Assembly (NCBI GenBank): GCA_963666565.1
Contig: OY762911.1
Location: forward strand, 3,360,001 to 3,424,000
Origin: Thermoanaerobaculia bacterium
GTDB lineage: Bacteria; Acidobacteriota; Thermoanaerobaculia; Multivoradales; Multivoraceae
DNA length: 64,000 bases
Direction of reading: 5' to 3'
Positions within the stretch are counted from its first letter, which is position 1. Each line of letters starts with the position of its first letter. Of the stretch, positions 10,982 to 17,172 are shown piece after piece. The position numbers and the translations under genes were made by a program. The notes under the pieces are model-generated. The model saw nothing but the letters and a program-made list of their open reading frames with translations. It had not been told where the DNA came from and did no database searches.

Positions 10982-11599
10982 ATGTTCGAGGAATACCTGA
11001 ACCTGGCCGTCAAGGCCATCTTCGTCGAGAACATGGCGCTGACCTTCTTCCTGGGCATGTGCTCGTTCCTGGCGGTGTCGAAGAAGGTGGAGACCGCGGT
11101 CGGCCTCGGCCTGGCGGTCATCTTCGTGCTCACCGTGACCGTGCCGGCGAACAACCTGATCCAGACGCATCTCCTGAACGAGGGCGCCCTCGCCTGGATC
11201 AGCCCGGAGTTCGCCGGCGTCGATCTGACCTTCCTGAACCTGCTCTGCTTCATCGGCACGATCGCCGCGATGGTCCAGCTCGTGGAGATGACGACCGACC
11301 GCTTCTTCCCGGCGCTTCACGCCACGCTGGGCATCTTCCTGCCGCTGATCGCGGTCAACTGCGCGATCCTCGGCGGGTCCCTGTTCATGGTCGAGCGCGA
11401 CTACGGCTTCGGCGAGAGCGTGGTCTTCGGCCTGGGTTCCGGCATCGGCTGGTTTCTGGCGATCGTCGCCCTGGCGTCCATCCGTGAGCGCCTGCGCTAC
11501 AGCAACGTGCCCCACGGCCTGCGCGGTCTGGGCATGACCTTCGTCATCACCGGACTCATGGCGTTCGGCTTCATGGCCTTCGGGGGAATCCAGTTGTGA
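10982..11599 (+). CDS. nqrE: Na+-NQR subunit E
   Basis: [28 protein letters not shown]. Confidence 0.96.
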   Translation: MFEEYLNLAVKAIFVENMALTFFLGMCSFLAVSKKVETAVGLGLAVIFVLTVTVPANNLIQTHLLNEGALAWISPEFAGVDLTFLNLLCFIGTIAAMVQLVEMTTDRFFPALHATLGIFLPLIAVNCAILGGSLFMVERDYGFGESVVFGLGSGIGWFLAIVALASIRERLRYSNVPHGLRGLGMTFVITGLMAFGFMAFGGIQL

Positions 11600-12813
11600 T
11601 CACCGTCGTCCTCGGGGTGGCGATGTTCACCGTGGTCATCCTCGCCCTGGTCACGATCCTGATGCAGGCCAAGGCCCGGCTCGTCGCCGGCGGCGAGGTG
11701 TCGATCCTCATCAACGAGGAGAAGACGCTGACCGCCGCCACCGGCGGCACCCTGCTCGGCACGCTCGCCGAGCACCGGATCTTCATTCCCTCGGCCTGCG
11801 GCGGCCAGGGCACCTGCGGCGTCTGCACCGTCGACGTCTTCGAGGGCGGCGGCGCCATGCTGCCGACCGAGAAGACCCACGTCAGCCGCCGCGAGGCGCG
11901 CGAGGGCTGCCGCCTGAGCTGCCAGGTGAAGATCAAGGAGGACATGAAGATCGGCATCCCGGCCGAGGTCTTCGGGGTCAAGAAGTGGCAGTGCAAGGTC
12001 CGCTCGAACGAGAACGTCGCCACCTTCATCAAGGAGCTCGTGCTGGAACTACCCGAAGGCGAGGAGGTGCCATTCCGCGCCGGCGGCTACATCCAGATCG
12101 AGTCTCCGCCGCACGTCGTGAACTACAGCGACTTCGCGATCGAGGACGAGTACCACGACGACTGGGACCGCTTCAAGCTCTGGAAGCTCGTCTCGAAGGT
12201 CGACGAGACGGTGGTCCGCGCCTACTCGATGGCGAACTACCCCGACGAGAAGGGCGTCATCATGCTGAACGTCCGCGTGGCGACGCCGCCGCCCCGCCAG
12301 ATGGACCTGCCGCCCGGTCAGATGTCCTCCTACATCTTCGACCTGAAGCCCGGCGACGACGTGACGATCGCCGGCCCCTTCGGCGAGTTCTTCGCCAAGG
12401 ACACGGACGCCGAGATGGTGTTCGTCGGCGGCGGCGCCGGCATGGCGCCCATGCGCTCCCACATCTTCGACCAGTTCCGCCGCATCCACACGGACCGCAA
12501 GGTGTCCTTCTGGTACGGCGCCCGCTCCTACCGCGAGGCGTTCTACATCGACCACTTCGACCGGATCGCCGAAGAGAACCCGAACTTCACATGGCACCTT
12601 GCTCTCTCCGACCCGCTTGAGGAAGACAGCTGGGACGGCTACACCGGCTTCATCCACCAGGTCCTGTACGACAACTACCTGAAGGACCACCCCGCCCCGG
12701 AAGACGTCGAGTACTACCTCTGCGGACCGCCACTCATGCTCCAGGCCTGCATGAAGATGCTCGACGACCTGGGAGTCGAGCCTGAGAACATCGCCTTCGA
12801 CGACTTCGGCTAG
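11596..12813 (+). CDS. nqrF: Na+-NQR subunit F
   Basis: 2Fe-2[27 protein letters not shown], ends FDDFG. Confidence 0.97.
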   Translation: MITVVLGVAMFTVVILALVTILMQAKARLVAGGEVSILINEEKTLTAATGGTLLGTLAEHRIFIPSACGGQGTCGVCTVDVFEGGGAMLPTEKTHVSRREAREGCRLSCQVKIKEDMKIGIPAEVFGVKKWQCKVRSNENVATFIKELVLELPEGEEVPFRAGGYIQIESPPHVVNYSDFAIEDEYHDDWDRFKLWKLVSKVDETVVRAYSMANYPDEKGVIMLNVRVATPPPRQMDLPPGQMSSYIFDLKPGDDVTIAGPFGEFFAKDTDAEMVFVGGGAGMAPMRSHIFDQFRRIHTDRKVSFWYGARSYREAFYIDHFDRIAEENPNFTWHLALSDPLEEDSWDGYTGFIHQVLYDNYLKDHPAPEDVEYYLCGPPLMLQACMKMLDDLGVEPENIAFDDFG

Positions 12814-12825
12814 GCCGTTGCGGCC

Positions 12826-13012
12826 GTACCCGCCTGGCGCGGGTCGGGGGGAGGGGTCCCTGGCGCCGCTCACGCTTGGTCGGAAGATGGTAGGGGGTGC
12901 GCTCGCTTCACTCCGCTCGCTCCGGTCAGACGTCGGTTGCCGGAAGGCTCTTGGCCGTCGCTCGCTCCGAGCCGCCAGTGCCCCCTCCCCCCGACCCGCG
13001 CCAGGCTGGACG
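12826..13012 (-). repeat. ~186-bp hairpin element (family A), copy 1
   Basis: 34-bp inverted arms 12832-12865 / 12973-13006 (2 mismatches); on - strand begins CGTCCAGCC and ends GGCGGGTAC; core similar to copies at 15.4 and 38.6 kb. Confidence 0.85.
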
Positions 13013-13036
13013 GCGTCGAGCCGCGAGACCTCCCGC

Positions 13037-13108
13037 GAGGACATCCGCGAGGGGCTGGTCGCGATCGTCTCGGTCAAGGTGCGGGATCCGAAGTTCTCCA
13101 GCCAGACC
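13037..13108 (+). pseudogene. Orphan fragment of DNA gyrase B / type IIA topoisomerase B subunit
   Basis: Translates EDIREGLVAIVSVKVRDPKFSSQT, closely matching the GyrB motif DxREGLxAvvSVKVpDPKFSSQT; flanks unrelated to GyrB. Confidence 0.75.
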
Positions 13109-13198
13109 ACCACTGCGTCCGGCGAGGGGTCGGCTTCGGCGCATTGCCGGAGACGGAAGCGCGCTGCCGGCCGTGCTCGAGTTCGCCCTGCTCAGTGG

Positions 13199-14254
13199 AT
13201 GCCGCTTCTGCTGGTCGTTGCCTGTTTGGCAGTCGCTTGTGGGCGGGCGCCCGACGAGGTGCTGGTGCAGGGGCCCACGATGGGCACGTACTACCGGGTT
13301 CGGGCGATCGCGGACGCCGGCGAGATCGAGGCGATCCGGGACTTGGCCGAGGAACGTCTCGCCGGGGTCGACCGCGCGATGTCGACCTACCGGGACGACT
13401 CGGAGATCTCCCGCTTCAATCGGCTAGCCGGCGACGAGTCCATGGTCTTTTCCGAGGAGACGTGGGCCGTTCTCGAACTGGCCTGGCGGGTGCGGGAAGA
13501 GAGCGGCGGAGCGTTCGATCCGACGGTCGGTCCCCTGGTCGACGCTTGGGGTTTCGGCGCTCCGGGACGTGGTCCGGCACCGATTCCGGTGGCTGACGAT
13601 CGTCTGGCCGAGTTGAGAAGGGCGATCGGCGCCATCGAACTGCTGGACAACCGGCGGGTGCTCAAGATCGAGGACGGAGCGGCTCTCGACCTGTCGGCGA
13701 TAGCCAAGGGCTGGGCCGTGGACCGCGTTTCCGAGGCGCTTCTCGCAGCCGGCTACGCCGATCACCTGGTGGAGGTCGGCGGCGAGGTGCGCACGGCCGG
13801 CCGAAGTCCCGCGGGCGACCCGTGGCGAATCGCGATCGAGCGGCCGCCGGATCGGGCGGCGGATCCTGGGCAGGGCGCTCCCGAACCGGCGACGGAGGAC
13901 GTCGCGCCGGCGGGTCTGCAGCGGGTGCTGGAGTTCACCGACGGCGCCCTGGCCACGTCCGGCGACTACCGGAACTACTGGGAACGCGACGGCGTGCGCT
14001 ACTCGCACACGATCGATCCCCGGACCGGCCGGCCGGTGGAACACGCCCTGGCGTCGGCCAGCGTGTTTCACGCCAGTTGCGCCGTCGCGGACGCCTACGC
14101 CACGGCGCTCATGGTCCTGGGCCCCGAGGACGGGCTGCGCTGGGCGGACGACAACGGCATTGCCGCGCTGCTACTCGTGTACCGCGGGGACTCGCTGGGG
14201 GAGCTACCGAGCGCGGCGTTCCGCGACCGCTTTGGGGTCGTCGAACAGCCCTGA
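13199..14254 (+). CDS. apbE: FAD:protein FMN transferase ApbE (lipoprotein)
   Basis: Lipobox LAVAC, GPTMGT, DLSAIAKG, ATSGDYRNY, DAYATAL; follows nqrF. Confidence 0.93.
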   Translation: MPLLLVVACLAVACGRAPDEVLVQGPTMGTYYRVRAIADAGEIEAIRDLAEERLAGVDRAMSTYRDDSEISRFNRLAGDESMVFSEETWAVLELAWRVREESGGAFDPTVGPLVDAWGFGAPGRGPAPIPVADDRLAELRRAIGAIELLDNRRVLKIEDGAALDLSAIAKGWAVDRVSEALLAAGYADHLVEVGGEVRTAGRSPAGDPWRIAIERPPDRAADPGQGAPEPATEDVAPAGLQRVLEFTDGALATSGDYRNYWERDGVRYSHTIDPRTGRPVEHALASASVFHASCAVADAYATALMVLGPEDGLRWADDNGIAALLLVYRGDSLGELPSAAFRDRFGVVEQP

Positions 14255-14345
14255 GTCGGCCGCGTCCGGGCGAGTCGCACGATCTCTACGCTTCATCGCG
14301 ACTGCCTCGCCCGGTGGCGGCAGCACGGGCGCTGCCGTTCCGGAT

Positions 14346-14561
14346 CTAGACGGCCACCGGCGTCAGGGTGAACACGCGTGCAATCCCAGACGCTCCCTTC
14401 AGGTCGCCCCGACGAAGAGCCTGCCGCACCTCGTCGAGGCGGTAGGCGTCCTTCAGGCTGAGATGGGGCGACCACTCCTCGGGTTCGTCCAGTAGCTCCA
14501 CGTCCACCTCGGCGACGTACTTGCCTTCGTGAACGAGCTTCGTGCGTCTGGTGCGGTTCAT
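14346..14561 (-). CDS. Small hypothetical protein, putative antitoxin partner of DUF4258
   Basis: 71 aa, KLVHEGKYVAEVDVEL...WSPHLSLKDAYRLDEVR; ATGA-coupled to the upstream DUF4258 gene. Confidence 0.7.
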   Translation of the reverse strand: MNRTRRTKLVHEGKYVAEVDVELLDEPEEWSPHLSLKDAYRLDEVRQALRRGDLKGASGIARVFTLTPVAV

Positions 14562-14881
14562 GTCAATCTCCGCCGGAAACCCGGTGTCCACCTCGCGACG
14601 TCGGGTAAGTATGCCGTAATCAGGACGGCGGGCGCTACTTGGCCTGCGGGAATGCCCCACACGGCGTGGACGGGACGTCCGTCTCTCGTTCTTTGGAGCA
14701 GTAGAACGCACGGCCCCTTGGGATAGTCGGGGTAGTCCTCAACCAACTCCGCCTCGGCGGCTCCTTCGACGATCTCGCGGACAAGCAGCCCATCGGCCGC
14801 GAGCTCGTCGTAGCCGTGCTCCGAGATCCTCACGTTGCCAGCCGATACGAGGGACCTGATGCGGTCGAACGTGCCAGTCAC
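14558..14881 (-). CDS. DUF4258 domain protein (putative RelE/BrnT-like toxin)
   Basis: ISEHG...VEDYPDYPKGPCVLLL...PVHAVWG...LITAYLPD...W pattern. Confidence 0.8.
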   Translation of the reverse strand: MTGTFDRIRSLVSAGNVRISEHGYDELAADGLLVREIVEGAAEAELVEDYPDYPKGPCVLLLQRTRDGRPVHAVWGIPAGQVAPAVLITAYLPDVARWTPGFRRRLT

Positions 14882-14884
14882 GCC

Positions 14885-15096
14885 TCATTCTCCGTCGGTT
14901 CCCTGTCCTTGACTACCGCTGGTGCGATGGTGTTGCGGGCGCCATTGGGCACGTCCGTAACTCTCTTCCGTGACGCCGTGGGTCTCGCTCATCTCCTCGA
15001 GCACGGTGCGGTTGAGAGAAGGCCCCGCCAGCTCCTCTCCCTATCGAGAGCCGCCGCCAGATCCGGCGTCACGTTGCGGATGGTCATCGTCTTCAT
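14885..15096 (-). pseudogene. Frameshifted ribbon-helix-helix (FitA-like) antitoxin remnant
   Basis: MKTMTIRNVTPDLAAALDRERSWRGL continues in another frame as LNRTVLEEMSETHGV, resembling 'xTIRNv...aL...rrgxSlN.tvl' antitoxins. Confidence 0.6.
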
Positions 15097-15149
15097 CGAG
15101 CTTCTCTTGCAGCGCAGCCACCGAACGCAGTCTATGCCCTCACGGCGTT

Positions 15150-15765
15150 GACTGCTGCCGCCGAAGGCGCCCTCCAGCATCGTCGCCGGCCCTTCCGCCG
15201 GGTGCGCGGGTCTTCCGACCCGCTGCCGCCGAAGGCGGCCTCAAACATCGTCGCCGGCCTCCGGCCGGCGGCCTTGTTGTCCGGGCTGCGCCGCTTCGCG
15301 GTTTCGCCCCGGGGGCGGGTCAGAAGACCCGCGCACCCAGCGGCCCGCGTACCCAGGCACCCAGCCGGCGTCAAGCCCGGAGGGGGAGCGGAGGGAGGGT
15401 CCCAGCGGGCTGGAGGCAAGCGACGCCCACCACAGCCCAGTCTGCGACGGGAGTTCGGGGGGAGGGTCCCGGCGGGCTGAAGACAAGCGACTGCCAATGA
15501 CCTTCCATCGACCAACGGCGCGGCGGAGCGCAGTCGACCGAAGCGAACCCCTACCCCACCATTTCTCCGGGAGGGGGTGAGCGTCCGACGGGACCCTCCC
15601 CCCGGACTCCCAAGCGGACGGCCTGATCCGACGGGGACCCAACGCCGCCGCTGGGACCCTCCCTCCGCTCCCCGTCCGGGCGGCAACGACCGCCGGCGGC
15701 CTCTTTACGGGCTGCGCCACTCCGCGGCTTCGCCCGTGGGCGGGTCAGAAGACCCGCGCACCCAG
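15150..15765. repeat. Mosaic of REP-like palindromes (family B) surrounding a nested family A hairpin
   Basis: GCGGGTC-AGAA-GACCCGC-GCACCCAG at 15315-15340 and 15740-15765, inverted variant 15200-15240; perfect 26-bp arms 15383-15408/15648-15673 and 23-bp inner arms 15449-15471/15589-15611. Confidence 0.9.
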
Positions 15766-15787
15766 TCGATAGACTTGCCGTCGAGCC

Positions 15788-15970
15788 ATGGCGATCCTGT
15801 TCCTCACGATTACCGTCATCGCCGTCTCGCTGATCCTCATGGCCACCGGCGTTCTGCTCAGCGGCCGCTGCCTGCGCGGCTCCTGCGGCGGGCCGGACGT
15901 GCTCGGCCCGGACGGAGAGCCCCTCAACTGCTCGAACTGTCCGCTGCGACGCGCGCGGGAGGAGACCTGA
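15788..15970 (+). CDS. nqrM: Na+-NQR maturation protein NqrM (DUF539-like)
   Basis: 60 aa, one TM helix, then LMATGVLLSGRCLRGSCGG and CxxC; lies just downstream of nqr/apbE. Confidence 0.8.
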   Translation: MAILFLTITVIAVSLILMATGVLLSGRCLRGSCGGPDVLGPDGEPLNCSNCPLRRAREET

Positions 15971-16479
15971 AGGTCGAACGGCGGGTCCAGCGGCGGGCCG
16001 CGCTGGCGGGAGGCCGCGGCTTCGCCTGCATCGCGTTCGACCGCCCGTCCGACCCGGTCAACGTGGGCCACGCCCTGCGCGCCGCGCTCTGCTTCCACGC
16101 GCGCATGATCATCCTCGGCCGGCCATCGAAGGACATCGACGTACGCCGCCTGCCCACGGACCCCACGAAGGCGTTCCGGCACGTTCCGGTGCTCGAAGTG
16201 GACGATCTGCTGGAAGCGGCGCCGCGGGACGCCGACCTCGTCGCCGTGGAGATCGTGTCGGACGCCGTCCCTCTCCCCGGGTTCGTCCACCCGGAGCGGG
16301 CCTGCTACGTCTTCGGGCCCGAGAGCGGTTCCATCTCCGAGCGCATCCTGGCCCGCTGCCGGCACCGCGTGTCCGTGCCGACCGCCGTCTCGCTCAACCT
16401 GGGCATGACGGTCGGTCTCGTGCTCTACGACCGCTTGGCCGACCGCTGGCGGAAGCACCCGCCCGGCCGGGCAGGCTGA
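15967..16479 (+). CDS. TrmH/SpoU family RNA methyltransferase
   Basis: PVNVGHALRA, YVFGPESGSI and SLNLGMTV SPOUT motifs; start uncertain (CTG at 15967 assumed). Confidence 0.8.
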   Translation: MKVERRVQRRAALAGGRGFACIAFDRPSDPVNVGHALRAALCFHARMIILGRPSKDIDVRRLPTDPTKAFRHVPVLEVDDLLEAAPRDADLVAVEIVSDAVPLPGFVHPERACYVFGPESGSISERILARCRHRVSVPTAVSLNLGMTVGLVLYDRLADRWRKHPPGRAG

Positions 16480-16480
16480 G

Positions 16481-17167
16481 TCAATCGGCGCCGGGCGGGC
16501 GGTCCGGGACCGCGAACAGGGACAGGAGCGGCAGTCCGAGGCGCTCCCGGACGAGTCGGCGCACCATTCGCCGCCGGAGGTCCGGCAACCGCTCGGCGTC
16601 CACGCGGCCGGCCATCCGGCCCAGCGCGGCTTCGGCATCCGCCGCGATCGCCTCCCTGTCCGCCGGCGGCAGGGACTCCAGCGCGCGGTCCACGAGTTCG
16701 CGGTCCAGTTCGACCAGCCGGTCCTCCACTTCTGGCGCGGGCCCGCTCAGCGAGGTCAGCTTGCGCCGCCAGTCCTCGCGATCGGCTTCGGCGGGCGGAA
16801 TCGCGTCCGCCAGCGCCTGAAGCCGCTCCGGTACGTCGATGGCCGTCGGCTTCGGCCGCACGGCCGGAGCTCCCCCGAGTTCGCGGTACTCCGACCACGC
16901 CTTCTCCACCGCCGCCCGGCAGTAGCGCAGGCTGCTCACCCGCCTCCGGGGCGCGTCCGGCGCCGCCGCCAGCCGCTCGGCGCGCCGCTCGAAGACCCCG
17001 CGGATGCTCTCGAGCACGAGAAACAGGGGCACGCCCTCCCGGCGCCAGCCGTCGGCCAGGCGCCAGTCGGCCGGGCTCAGGAGCAACGGAGCGCCCCGCA
17101 GCCGGATGAACTCCTCCTCGATCGTCTCGAAGTAGTCCCGGTCGCCGGCCTCCTCGGACGCTCCCAT
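16481..17167 (-). CDS. Hypothetical protein
   Basis: YFETIEEEFIRLRGAPLLLSPADW...GVPL...SLRYCRAAV; protein-like composition, adjacent to the collagenase stop. Confidence 0.7.
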   Translation of the reverse strand: MGASEEAGDRDYFETIEEEFIRLRGAPLLLSPADWRLADGWRREGVPLFLVLESIRGVFERRAERLAAAPDAPRRRVSSLRYCRAAVEKAWSEYRELGGAPAVRPKPTAIDVPERLQALADAIPPAEADREDWRRKLTSLSGPAPEVEDRLVELDRELVDRALESLPPADREAIAADAEAALGRMAGRVDAERLPDLRRRMVRRLVRERLGLPLLSLFAVPDRPPGAD

Positions 17168-17172
17168 GGGGT

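Noticed and set aside
12818-13198. N-terminal extension making ApbE 478 aa (apparent GyrB-ApbE fusion)
   Set aside because: It reads through a palindromic repeat, and a normal lipoprotein signal starts at ATG13199.
15132-15720. Several 110-184-aa ORFs across the repeat mosaic
   Set aside because: Translations of palindromic repeats with no protein features.
15150-15765. Possible CRISPR array
   Set aside because: Repeats are in mixed orientation and irregularly spaced, with no uniform spacers and no cas genes.
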